This document shows positions 21,315-30,403 of a stretch of 35,409 nt of DNA, piece after piece. Position 1 is the first letter of the stretch. Each line of letters opens with the position of its first letter. The stretch comes from a virus (lineage: Duplodnaviria > Caudoviricetes): the IMG/VR virus record IMGVR_UViG_3300035703_000247, positions 1 through 35,409 of that record; one strand, written 5' to 3'. The notes below the pieces were generated by a model. That model was given only the letters and a program-made list of their open reading frames with translations, searched no databases and was not told the origin of the DNA. The position numbers and the translations under genes are program-made.

Positions 21315-21386
21315 TACTGAGGCTCCAGAGGGGGTTGCGGCATTGTAGCGGCAAGCGTCCTAAACGCAACTTTTTCAGGCAGCATC

Positions 21387-22778
21387 TTACTTACCCTGCC
21401 CTTCACGTTTAATGATCTTGATCTGGTTCTCACCGCCAGGGAACACCACAATATTTCGGGTGCCCTCGCCAGTGCCACGGCTGCCTTGGTCAAGGTAACG
21501 GATGCCAGGAATGCCAAGCTCACGCAGGCGCTCGGATAGCTTCTCCTGGCCCATCTCGCGGCCCAGACGCTGGAGCTGCTCACCCGCTTTGGTCGCCAGC
21601 GCCCCGGTGCCATAGGCCCGCGCCATGGGGTCTAGCAGGGGCTTGATCCGCTCATAGACCTCCGGCTGCTTGTCCAGGGGTTTGTCCCAGTCAATCATCC
21701 TGGCGACCATCTCATCCGGGATGTCTACGGTGTACAGGTTACCTTTTGAAGTTTCTGTGTATTTCGGCAGCTTGCCACTTTCAATAAATGGAAGTTCTGC
21801 TTCTTTTGACAAAGCCAATTCACTTGCCCATTTTTGATTACGCGATCTCAGATCTGCAATCTGAGATTTGTATCTAGCAACAAGATCTTTTCTTGCTGAG
21901 TCGCCACCAAATTGCTTCACTTCCAGCGCCGCTCGATGTGCCGGATTGTTGTTATCAAAAGGTTTGCCATCGACCTTCATATCAAAATCAGACAGACTAA
22001 ATCTGTACTGATTGGCAACATCCTTGCTCTCGGCAAAATACAGTCCATATCCGTAGGACTGTGCGCCCTCACCTGTGCCAATCTTGGCGGCATCAAATTT
22101 GTCAACCATATGCGGGGTACCATGGTAGGCCATCAGGTTGGCCTGCATCCCGCTGCGCTGCATATAGGCATCCAGCATTTCGCCAGCCTTTGGAGCCAGC
22201 GCCTTAGCGCCTTTGGCCGCAGCCTTGATCCCTTTGATGGCCACGAACGGATCGGCAACCACCTCGCCAGCAAAGCGGCCAACCCCGGCAGCACCCTCGC
22301 GTGCGCTCTGGATCGGGCCGCCAGGAGGGACTACCGGGCCGATGTTCTTGGTTAGCCACTTGTCCACATCGTCAGAGGTCGGCAGGATCAGGCCCTTTTC
22401 CATGCCTTGCAGGAAAGCGTCAAGCGCGCTTTGGTCACCACCGCGCCGACCGATCTCGTACAGACCACGGCCAATAGCTAGCACATCACCGGCAAGACCG
22501 ACACTGCCGCTGACAAGACCCTTGCCAGCCCCGGCAGCCACATCAGCCGCCAGCAGTGGCAGGTTAGCCCCGACCTCGCTGGCACCAGCCCTGCGAGGCT
22601 TCATCTGGGGGAACACGCCAAAGGCAGCCCCAGCATCCGACACAGTGCCAGACGGGCCAGCAGCCAGCAGCACAGGCTCATCAACGGGCTGCACTTCCTC
22701 GCCAAAGGTCTCCACCTGCGGCTCAGGCTCAGGGTAGAAGACGCTATCCCAGTTGGCTCTAAGTTCTTTTTCCAGCAT
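21387..22778 (-). CDS. Internal virion protein with C-terminal ADP-ribosyltransferase-like (polyvalent-protein-type) domain
   Basis: Gly/Ala-rich membrane-like N-terminal half, then YHGTPH..DKFD..KIGTGEGAQSYGYGLYFAE...GIPGIRYLD.GSR...NIVVF. Confidence 0.65.
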   Translation of the reverse strand: MLEKELRANWDSVFYPEPEPQVETFGEEVQPVDEPVLLAAGPSGTVSDAGAAFGVFPQMKPRRAGASEVGANLPLLAADVAAGAGKGLVSGSVGLAGDVLAIGRGLYEIGRRGGDQSALDAFLQGMEKGLILPTSDDVDKWLTKNIGPVVPPGGPIQSAREGAAGVGRFAGEVVADPFVAIKGIKAAAKGAKALAPKAGEMLDAYMQRSGMQANLMAYHGTPHMVDKFDAAKIGTGEGAQSYGYGLYFAESKDVANQYRFSLSDFDMKVDGKPFDNNNPAHRAALEVKQFGGDSARKDLVARYKSQIADLRSRNQKWASELALSKEAELPFIESGKLPKYTETSKGNLYTVDIPDEMVARMIDWDKPLDKQPEVYERIKPLLDPMARAYGTGALATKAGEQLQRLGREMGQEKLSERLRELGIPGIRYLDQGSRGTGEGTRNIVVFPGGENQIKIIKREGQGK

Positions 22779-22786
22779 GGTGATCC

Positions 22787-24487
22787 TTAGAGGTTGTTCT
22801 TGTAGATGTTGATCTGGCGCTTGAGGTTCTCGACCTCACCAGCCGACAGGCCGCGCACCTTGCTCGGGTCTATCTGCTCAATCGGCACCCCAGGCATAGG
22901 GATCTTCTTGGCCTCCATCAGGCGGGTGATGGCCTCCCGAGCGCCCTTGCGTGCGTCCTCTTTCTCGCGCACGCTCTTGTCCTCGCCATACTCCTTGACG
23001 GCCTGACGCGCTGCAGCAGACGGCTCCGGGTAGACCATTACGCCCTGGTCGTTCTTGACCTGGGTGGACATCAACCGCTGGAAGTTCTGCATATAGCCAT
23101 TCTTCTGGTTGATCCTGTCCTGTCCCGGATTGATCATGTTCTCCGTGATGCCAGCCGACAGATTGATGAAGTCAACGGCATTGCGGTACTGGATGTCCAC
23201 AATGGAGCGGCCAAGTTGCTCATACTGCCGATTACTCAGGGAACCTGCAAAAGCAGAAAGCTGGCCCAGGTTCGTGATCTGGCCATTGCGGATCTGCTGA
23301 TACAGCGACACCTCAAGCTGCGGGTTGTCAGCGGCACCTTTAGGCTTGAGCGCGGCATCACCCTGCTCAAATGTCATCTGGTTAATGCTGATGAGCGTCT
23401 GAACAATCTCCCGACGGCGGGCGGTCGTGGTCTTGGGATTGAGCAGCTCAATGCTCAAGGTGTTGCCCTTCTCTTTGTTCAGCAGATCAAGGTTTGCCTG
23501 ATCAATCTTGCGGGCAGATTCAACATCACTGTACAGTTTGAGCGTTCGCTCACGCACCAGCTTCTTGTCAGTATCTGACAAGTTCTGATAAATCCTGGTC
23601 ATCGCACCAAAGTCGCCTTTGAGCACCTTGCTCATGGCCGCGCCAGCGGTAGTGGCGAATTCAGGCGAGGTGGCCATGGAAGTCAGCGCACCGACCTTAG
23701 CCTCGTTCACCATCTTGTTAAATGCGTCAACGTGCTTGCTGGTGCCAGTGATGCGGATAGACGCATACAGAGGCGCTCTGGTAGCCTCAATCAATTGATC
23801 TACGTTGATCTCTTTCTGAGTGGTCGGATCAATAGCCCCGGCCTGCTTTAGGATGGTCTCGACAATCGGCTGCAGCTCGGTAATCCGCTGGTTAAGCCGA
23901 GCATCGTATTGCTCCAGCTCAACCTTCACCCGGCGATCATTTGCCTCTTTGTAGACCTGATTCCCGGCCAGCGTCAGGGCAGAGCGCAGACGGATGGATT
24001 CCTTGGGATCAAGCGCCAGCAGGGTAGATGAATAGCCGTCCACCAAGTCCTTGAGCTGCAGACGCACCTCTTCCGGGTCTAGATTCTCGCCAGCCTTGAT
24101 CCGGGCCGCATAGTCAGCAATGGTCTTCTGACCTTCAAGCTGTAGCTCTGAAGACAGAAGCTGTGCCTGGGTCTCCTCGTACACCCGTTGAAACGCACCG
24201 CCAGCTCCCTTGACCTGTAGACCAGCACCGCTCTGGGTAGCAAAGTCGATATGCTCCTTGGTCAGCGGATTCTCAATGGCGTACTTGCGGGCCTCTTTTT
24301 CGGCCTGGGTTACGGCAACGTCCTGGAAGTAGGCCGTCATGCGGTCAAGCGCCCGACCGATCTGGTCGAACTGCTGGACACGCACTTGCTGCTGCTGCGC
24401 CCCAGCCTCTTGGCTGGCCGTAGAGATGCGGGGCAGGTCAGCAAACTGAGCGCCCATCGTTTCGTAGCGGGGCAGGGAGGTAGCCAT
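22787..24487 (-). CDS. Internal virion (ejection) protein
   Basis: 566 aa helical protein beginning MATSLPRY; gp15-like position. Confidence 0.7.
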   Translation of the reverse strand: MATSLPRYETMGAQFADLPRISTASQEAGAQQQQVRVQQFDQIGRALDRMTAYFQDVAVTQAEKEARKYAIENPLTKEHIDFATQSGAGLQVKGAGGAFQRVYEETQAQLLSSELQLEGQKTIADYAARIKAGENLDPEEVRLQLKDLVDGYSSTLLALDPKESIRLRSALTLAGNQVYKEANDRRVKVELEQYDARLNQRITELQPIVETILKQAGAIDPTTQKEINVDQLIEATRAPLYASIRITGTSKHVDAFNKMVNEAKVGALTSMATSPEFATTAGAAMSKVLKGDFGAMTRIYQNLSDTDKKLVRERTLKLYSDVESARKIDQANLDLLNKEKGNTLSIELLNPKTTTARRREIVQTLISINQMTFEQGDAALKPKGAADNPQLEVSLYQQIRNGQITNLGQLSAFAGSLSNRQYEQLGRSIVDIQYRNAVDFINLSAGITENMINPGQDRINQKNGYMQNFQRLMSTQVKNDQGVMVYPEPSAAARQAVKEYGEDKSVREKEDARKGAREAITRLMEAKKIPMPGVPIEQIDPSKVRGLSAGEVENLKRQINIYKNNL

Positions 24488-24499
24488 GCGTCTTCCCTC

Positions 24500-25030
24500 T
24501 TAGGATGTCTTACTCGGCTTGGCGCTCTCGCCAAACTTGGACAGGCCCATCAGGCCCGTTGCAGCCGCCGACAGCATTGCCGGAGCCGTCGAGAAGGTGC
24601 CAGCAATAGCAGAGGCCGCCTGCAGGTCTTGCGAGGCCGACAGACCGCCATAGATGGCCGCGTCAGCGTTCTCGCGCAGGATCTGGAACTCACGGCCTGC
24701 ACGCACCGCATCGGCCTGCTGGGCCGTCATGGGTGAGCCAGTCAGCGGATCAACACCAGCAGCAGCCGCACGGGCACGGCCAGCAGCAGCAATCTTTAGC
24801 TGTCGCTCAAAGATCTGGTTTGCTTGGTTGCTGTAGTTCAGCGCGTTCTGGCGGCCCTGCAGCTTGGCCTGCTCGGCCTGGATGGCAAGACGCTGCGACT
24901 GCAGTTCAGCCTGCTGCTTCTGCGCCTGGGCGGCATTGACTGCGGAAATGACGCTAACCGCCGTCCCAGCGGCGGCAATCGCCGGAGCATAAGGCGCTAT
25001 GGCCGTAGATGCGGCTGCAATGAATTCCAT
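24500..25030 (-). CDS. Small internal virion (ejection) protein
   Basis: Ala/Gln-rich, AAAAGVDPLTGSP motif; gp14-like position. Confidence 0.7.
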   Translation of the reverse strand: MEFIAAASTAIAPYAPAIAAAGTAVSVISAVNAAQAQKQQAELQSQRLAIQAEQAKLQGRQNALNYSNQANQIFERQLKIAAAGRARAAAAGVDPLTGSPMTAQQADAVRAGREFQILRENADAAIYGGLSASQDLQAASAIAGTFSTAPAMLSAAATGLMGLSKFGESAKPSKTS

Positions 25031-27012
25031 TATGTGCCTCCGTAAACCGACAGCTTGTACTCAAGGCCAAGCAGGGTCAGCTTTAACGGTACGTCCTGCG
25101 TGACCGTAATCTGAGCATCCTGGGTGTATCCAAGAATGCCGTTCAGAACCTTGGTGCCAGTGAACTCCGGCACCGCATTGTCCAGAATGTTGACCGTATC
25201 CAGCGTGCGGATCGGGATGGCATTGTCATTGATGACAATGTCCTGCGTCTTGTACAGGATGGCATTGATCTCGACGATGCGCTTCTTAAAGCCGATGCGC
25301 GTGCCAACCGCCATGCGAGGCTCAATTGGCAGCGTCTTGACCGTGATGGTAAACGGCAGGCCCACCTCGTAGCTGGTGGTGCTGGAGCGGTCAAATGTGA
25401 CGGCCCCGCCCCCGCTGACGGTCTCGTTAGACAGCACGCTGCCGTCCGCGATCACGTTCAGGCTCTTGCCGATGTGCGGCAGGCCACTCGCTCCAGATGC
25501 AGCCCCTCCGCTGAACCCGCAGTCCGTGCGGAAGGAGGAGTCAAACACCTCCACAAAGTAGCGGTTCACCGAGTTAAACGTGCGCTTGACGACAACGTAG
25601 ATGTCCTCAATGTCCACGCCTACGTCCTTGAACTCACCATCCGTGGTGATTCGGCTAGGAGCCACCACGCCCTGCTGGCGCAGCAGCGAGTAGGCAGTCA
25701 GCGTCCCGGTTCCGTTCAGGATATACAGGGCATCAGCCTCATCCGTGCTGGCGGCCTTACGCAAGGCCATCTCGGCAGGCTCCAGCAGAAGGTGGCTGGA
25801 CAACAGCGAGATGCTGGTGCTGACGTAGGAGGCCGTCGTATCGCTGAACAGGAACTCATTGAGCGCCTTGCCCTGGCGCTGGATGTACAGCGTCCCAGAC
25901 TGCAGCGGCTTGACCCGGATACCCTCGCGGGAGCCGTTTCGGCTGATGGCCTTGGCAAAGAAGTTGTTCGGAGTGATCGGCTGCAGGTCGCCCTGCGGCA
26001 CATAGAACTCACCGCCCGTTGTAAAGATCTGCAGGTCACGGGCGCTGATGATGTCCGTGATGATGTTCAAGCTGTTGGTGTCCAACGTAGCCTCAACAGC
26101 ATCATCGTCATAGGCTTGGTCAGGATTGAAGTCAAAGAACAGCCCGACCTTGCTACCCCAAACGGTAGACGGGCGGGACTTGCTGCCGCCAAAGTACAGC
26201 CGACCCTCATGGAACGTGCAGGTACGGGGCCAGCCCTTACCGCTGCTCCAGACATCCTCGTAGCCAGCCTCCAGCTCCCAGCTCCCGCTAGCAACAGCAG
26301 TCGTGCTGAAGAACGGAATCTCGACTACCGCGCTGACCACGGTGCCGCTGGTGTAAGACACGATACGGGCACGGCCCTGGGGGCTGGCATTGACGTACTG
26401 ATTGACGCTGCCAGCCGTGAAGACGCTGGCGCTGGCCGTCAGGGTAATGCTGCCAGACACGGCAGACGGGGTCAGCGTAGCCGCAGGGTTGGAAACAGAC
26501 GGGGTGTACTGGTACTGTGGGATGCTGGTGAACGTGATGTTCGTGGCCGTCCAAGACGCATCCGTGGCACCACGCACGATCTTGATCGGGTTAATGTCCT
26601 TGTGGGTGATGATCAGCGTATCAGCAGACTGCGTCCAGACCATCGTGGCCAAGATGCTGCTGGTCAGTGCAGTGATCGACAAGTAGTCATTCGCGCCGCC
26701 GTTGATGGCCGTAATTAGCTGCTTGTCCTTAAAGACATACATCCGTTGGTTCGTGAACACCAGCATATAGCTGTCGGTGACACTGAACTCAAAGGACACG
26801 CAGCGGGTGCCACTGCCAGGGCTGGACGCAGAAGGAAGCTCAAACAGGTGCTTTAGACCGCCCCGGCGGGTGACACCACCCTGGGGCTGGACAAGCACGT
26901 TCTCCAGCCGCTCTGCTCCGTTGTTGTACTGCTCCAGGTCAATGCGGGCACGCAGCAGGGGATCTAGTTCCCCGCTGCTGAAGTTGGTCTGGATGGAGAC
27001 AATGCGGGTCAT
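25030..27012 (-). CDS. Tail tubular protein B / nozzle
   Basis: 660 aa. QTNFSSGELDP.L.AR.D...NV.VQPQGG..RRGG and GWP....FHEGRL.FGG. Confidence 0.88.
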   Translation of the reverse strand: MTRIVSIQTNFSSGELDPLLRARIDLEQYNNGAERLENVLVQPQGGVTRRGGLKHLFELPSASSPGSGTRCVSFEFSVTDSYMLVFTNQRMYVFKDKQLITAINGGANDYLSITALTSSILATMVWTQSADTLIITHKDINPIKIVRGATDASWTATNITFTSIPQYQYTPSVSNPAATLTPSAVSGSITLTASASVFTAGSVNQYVNASPQGRARIVSYTSGTVVSAVVEIPFFSTTAVASGSWELEAGYEDVWSSGKGWPRTCTFHEGRLYFGGSKSRPSTVWGSKVGLFFDFNPDQAYDDDAVEATLDTNSLNIITDIISARDLQIFTTGGEFYVPQGDLQPITPNNFFAKAISRNGSREGIRVKPLQSGTLYIQRQGKALNEFLFSDTTASYVSTSISLLSSHLLLEPAEMALRKAASTDEADALYILNGTGTLTAYSLLRQQGVVAPSRITTDGEFKDVGVDIEDIYVVVKRTFNSVNRYFVEVFDSSFRTDCGFSGGAASGASGLPHIGKSLNVIADGSVLSNETVSGGGAVTFDRSSTTSYEVGLPFTITVKTLPIEPRMAVGTRIGFKKRIVEINAILYKTQDIVINDNAIPIRTLDTVNILDNAVPEFTGTKVLNGILGYTQDAQITVTQDVPLKLTLLGLEYKLSVYGGT

Positions 27013-27626
27013 TAGAACCTCACAGCCACCAGCGAGAAGTCCTCAAAAGCCGGGTTCGTGTTGCCCTGGCCATCAATCACCATGGCCGTGCGGAAGTACC
27101 CGCCACGGTTGTTCTCGCTAGGCGCACCCACTGCCACGCCCTGCCAGTATTGGGTCTTAGTGACCTGATCCGTGATGGCATCAGACAAGTGCCACGCCAT
27201 CATGTACTTCAGCAATTGGATGAAGTAGGTAGGCAGCTCGCTCTCATTGGGGCGGTACTGGTAGTCAATGACCACCACCTCCTCGTTGGTCAGCAGCTTG
27301 TCGCCCTGGATGATCCAGTCAGTGAACGTGCCAGCCCCGACAGCAGTCGATGTGTAGGCCCTGCGGATCGTGCCTAGACGATCAGACGGAAGCTGGAACT
27401 CGTACTTGTATTGATTGACCGGGGTGTTGATCGTCTTGGCCAGTTGCACCTTCTTGAAGGTGAAAGACCAAGGATAGGCCTGCATGGTCGAATCACGCAG
27501 GTTAGGGTAGATACGGTCACAGACGTTAGCTGCATCCGTGCCCTCATTGAATGAGCTGATGGGCTTTGACCCCAGCATGAGCAAGGCATCAGAGCATACA
27601 GTTAAAGCGGAGTCACCTGCTGCCAT
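27012..27626 (-). CDS. Tail tubular protein A / adaptor
   Basis: CSDALLMLG..PISSF.EG...YPWSF...Y.FQLPSD. Confidence 0.85.
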   Translation of the reverse strand: MAAGDSALTVCSDALLMLGSKPISSFNEGTDAANVCDRIYPNLRDSTMQAYPWSFTFKKVQLAKTINTPVNQYKYEFQLPSDRLGTIRRAYTSTAVGAGTFTDWIIQGDKLLTNEEVVVIDYQYRPNESELPTYFIQLLKYMMAWHLSDAITDQVTKTQYWQGVAVGAPSENNRGGYFRTAMVIDGQGNTNPAFEDFSLVAVRF

Positions 27627-28176
27627 ATGTCACCTTAAACATCTCTGAGATTGACCCATGTCTCGGCATCCATTCTACGGCTCCCGAAAACTTCTGGGTG
27701 AAATATTCAAACCACTGCTGGTATGAATCTTTGCGATTGATGTGAAGCTCTACATTGTTATGCTTGCTTGATCCATTGTGGACAGTCAGCAAGATATGCT
27801 TTTGGGCTACACGCTCCAACTCACTGCAAACGGCATCGGTATCTTGCGGAACCAGATGCTCAATCACATCAAACATAGTCACAGTGTCAAAAGACTTGTC
27901 CGGGAACGGGATGGCATGGGCCAGCCCGTTGACCACCCGGCGGCCATCACATAGATAGTCCACAGCCTCCAGGCCACGAACATCGGTAAAGCCCAGCTCC
28001 TCGGCCATGCGGAGGGTCTCCCCACGGCCACAGCCCACATCCAGCAGGCTGCCTCTCTCTAGTGTTCTCAGCGCCAGATCAACATGGTTCCTGCGGCGGC
28101 TGCCCATGCGGTAATCGGCAGAGCGGTAGCACTGCTGGTATTTGCTGATCTCGGCCTCGCGCAATACCTCAAGCAT
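27613..28176 (-). CDS. Class I SAM-dependent methyltransferase
   Basis: LLDVGCGRG motif I and PFPDKSFDTVTMFDVIEHL. Start reassigned to MLEVLRE. Confidence 0.85.
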   Translation of the reverse strand: MLEVLREAEISKYQQCYRSADYRMGSRRRNHVDLALRTLERGSLLDVGCGRGETLRMAEELGFTDVRGLEAVDYLCDGRRVVNGLAHAIPFPDKSFDTVTMFDVIEHLVPQDTDAVCSELERVAQKHILLTVHNGSSKHNNVELHINRKDSYQQWFEYFTQKFSGAVEWMPRHGSISEMFKVTYGSR

Positions 28177-28723
28177 CTGGCACCCCCAAAATCCCAGCGG
28201 TAGCCCCAGACATGGAGAAGATGCCAGCAGTCTTGCCCTGGAAATGGAAGGTTCGCAGGTGACTGAGCCAGTGTTCCACTTGATTGTCCGTGGCAAAGCC
28301 GTCAGGCTTGGTGTATTCAGAAGGATACTTTTCTGAGTAGGCCAGATTGCCCATGCTCAGAGGAATACCCGCCATGATCACCTCTTCAAACCCCATGCCG
28401 TGCTTGGCCCACAAGGCCCCTGCTACGCCACTGGAGCCGCAAACCCAGTTCAGGCTGGGCCAGATGTAGTCCGTCTTGTCGCCCATGATGTTGGCCCGGC
28501 CATGCACCTTGACCTGCGCCTTAGCTTTGTACTGTTCGGCAAGGTTGTTGTGCTGCGTCCAGACGTGCCGAATCTCCGGGATCATGGCACCAGCGTTATT
28601 CACGCCGACAAGGTAAGCCTCGGGCCGTAGAGCCAGGGCTTTTTCTAGGTCTTCAAATACGCAAGGGGCACTGCCACAAATGATGGCAGTACCCCAATGC
28701 TTGACGTTATACCGTTCGCGCAT
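28169..28723 (-). CDS. Putative glycosyltransferase-like protein (Maf/GT29-like Rossmann fold)
   Basis: AIICGSAP...VGVN...GSSGVAGA..A...GFEEVIMAGI pattern resembles sialyltransferase/Maf-like folds. Confidence 0.5.
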   Translation of the reverse strand: MRERYNVKHWGTAIICGSAPCVFEDLEKALALRPEAYLVGVNNAGAMIPEIRHVWTQHNNLAEQYKAKAQVKVHGRANIMGDKTDYIWPSLNWVCGSSGVAGALWAKHGMGFEEVIMAGIPLSMGNLAYSEKYPSEYTKPDGFATDNQVEHWLSHLRTFHFQGKTAGIFSMSGATAGILGVPDA

Positions 28724-28727
28724 AGAG

Positions 28728-28751
28728 AAAGAGGGGGCGAACCCCCTCTTT
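28728..28751 (-). terminator. Hairpin terminator after the capsid genes
   Basis: AAAGAGGGGG-TTCG-CCCCCTCTTT followed by a weak U-tract (TTTCTCT), consistent with read-through into tail genes. Confidence 0.75.
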
Positions 28752-28752
28752 A

Positions 28753-29031
28753 TCAGTCGCTGTCGGTAGCGGCCAAGGTGGTGCCGTTGCTCACATCGAC
28801 CACGGTACCCGTGTTCGACAGAACATACACCAGCGTTGCCACAGCAGTGGTGCCAGTGGAGGTCACGCAGTAGATCAGATCACCAACACGCAGAGTGCCA
28901 GCCAGGGTGTTGAAGTAACCCTCGGTGTTCACATCGGCGATAGCGTCGGTGGTCGAGTAGGAGTAGATGCCAGGAGCATTGCCACGCTTGTTAGCAGCAA
29001 TGACGTTCCAGCCAGTAGCGGAAAAAGCCAT
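28753..29031 (-). CDS. Small virion protein, probable capsid decoration or cement
   Basis: 92 aa directly after the capsid gene, inside the terminator-bounded unit; AAGGAG SD. Confidence 0.65.
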   Translation of the reverse strand: MAFSATGWNVIAANKRGNAPGIYSYSTTDAIADVNTEGYFNTLAGTLRVGDLIYCVTSTGTTAVATLVYVLSNTGTVVDVSNGTTLAATDSD

Positions 29032-29041
29032 GATTTACTCC

Positions 29042-29884
29042 TTATTCGCGGCAGGTGATTTCAACGATGCCGCCAGCGTCGATGGCCACAGCACCAGCGG
29101 AGAGCATCGACGACACCAGCCAAGAGGTCTTCTCGGGGATGTAGTTGATCTCAGAGCGGATGCCCATGCCTTCAGCCATGCCGACAGCAGTCTTGTGCCA
29201 AGCCCAGACCTTACGGTCAGAGCCAGAGCCACCGCCAGTCAGGCCGCCTTCAGAGCGGTCACCGATGGTGATGAACTTGAAGCCCAGGAACGTGTCCAGA
29301 TCACCCTGCACCAGAGCCTTGACCGTGTTGAAGTCAGAGCTGGTGACAGCGGTTTCAGACAGCAGGGCCATCAGGTTGGCGGCGTGAACCAGCAGGTAAC
29401 GGTCGCCCATCGGCACGTTGCCCTTGTCCAGCAGCTCCTTGGCCTTACGCAGCTTGGCCACGTTCAGGTTGGAGTCAGTGCCACCGATGTCGTTGGAAAC
29501 GGTCAGGGTGGTGGACGAAGCAGCAATCGCGTCAATGACGATCTGGTCAGCGCGGCGGCCAATGGCCTTACCGACAACCTGAACCAGCTCAGAACGCTCG
29601 TCAAAGTTGACCTTGGCCTGATTGAAGATGTCGCTGTATTCAGCGGCAATCCAGTCAGACAGGGTCACCGTGGCCTGCGAATAGGTCACGTTCAGCGGGG
29701 TAACGTCAGTCTGCGGAATGCGGACTTGAGCGACACCAGAGCCGATCTTGGGGAACTTGTGGGTAGCCGCAGTAACGCCAGTGCGAAGGCGGACAGTGTT
29801 ACGCAGGACAGCATCAGCTTGATACGCCTGTTTAACTTCCGCATCGAACAGGGTTACAAAGGCATTAGAGATGCTAATAGCCAT
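29042..29884 (-). CDS. Major capsid protein
   Basis: 280 aa. ISNAFVTLFDAEVKQAYQ...AEYSDIFNQAKVNFDER...INYIPEKTSWLV, an HTVC010P/BPP-1-like capsid pattern. Confidence 0.9.
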   Translation of the reverse strand: MAISISNAFVTLFDAEVKQAYQADAVLRNTVRLRTGVTAATHKFPKIGSGVAQVRIPQTDVTPLNVTYSQATVTLSDWIAAEYSDIFNQAKVNFDERSELVQVVGKAIGRRADQIVIDAIAASSTTLTVSNDIGGTDSNLNVAKLRKAKELLDKGNVPMGDRYLLVHAANLMALLSETAVTSSDFNTVKALVQGDLDTFLGFKFITIGDRSEGGLTGGGSGSDRKVWAWHKTAVGMAEGMGIRSEINYIPEKTSWLVSSMLSAGAVAIDAGGIVEITCRE

Positions 29885-30022
29885 TTGAGTCTTCCTGAAA
29901 CGGGTTGAACTTAGGGTTTATCGTCGCTGGTTGTCCAGGTCGCCCTGGGCCTTGACTTGTGCTTATCCTCGCACCGAGCAGTGGATTACCACCATCTATC
30001 GGCCTTGCGGTTGTCGATGGAG
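29885..30022 (-). promoter_or_regulatory. Structured capsid 5' leader with repeated GACAAC/GCC internal-loop hairpins
   Basis: ATCG-ACAA-CC-GCAA-GG-C-CGAT and GG-C-CCAGG-GCGA-CCTGG-ACAA-CC; both carry GNRA tetraloops. Confidence 0.6.
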
Positions 30023-30024
30023 GA

Positions 30025-30055
30025 ATTCTATCGCACAAGAATCAGGATGTGTCAA
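30025..30055 (-). promoter_or_regulatory. Candidate capsid promoter, TTGACA-19 nt-TAGAAT
   Basis: Near-consensus hexamers but an unusually long spacer. Confidence 0.45.
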
Positions 30056-30403
30056 CTATTTCTTGGCTGGCAGGTAGCTGGCTGTTGTGTTGCCTTTGTT
30101 CTTATTACACATCCCGCACAGGATCTGCAAGTTGTCTGGATCGTTTTTCAGGTGAGGAAAGTACTTGCGAGGCTTGATGTGATCCACGTTGATGTGTGTC
30201 CACCTCTTGATCTGCTTCTTGCACTTCATGCAGGTGCAGCCGTACTTAGCAATGGTCTGGGCCTTCAGCACAAACCACTCCTCGCTGACCATGAAGTCGT
30301 CAGTAATGAGGGCGGCTATCTCGTTGGCAGACATCTTCTCAATGCTGTTGACGAACTGGCGCTTTGCGCTCCGAACCTTAAGACTTCTAAGCAGAGGTTT
30401 CAT
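30056..30403 (-). CDS. Compact HNH endonuclease (Zn-binding, McrA/gp74-like)
   Basis: 115 aa from the ATG at 30403 (GGGGA SD). CMKC...VDHIKP...NLQILCGMCNKNKGN. Confidence 0.9.
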   Translation of the reverse strand: MKPLLRSLKVRSAKRQFVNSIEKMSANEIAALITDDFMVSEEWFVLKAQTIAKYGCTCMKCKKQIKRWTHINVDHIKPRKYFPHLKNDPDNLQILCGMCNKNKGNTTASYLPAKK

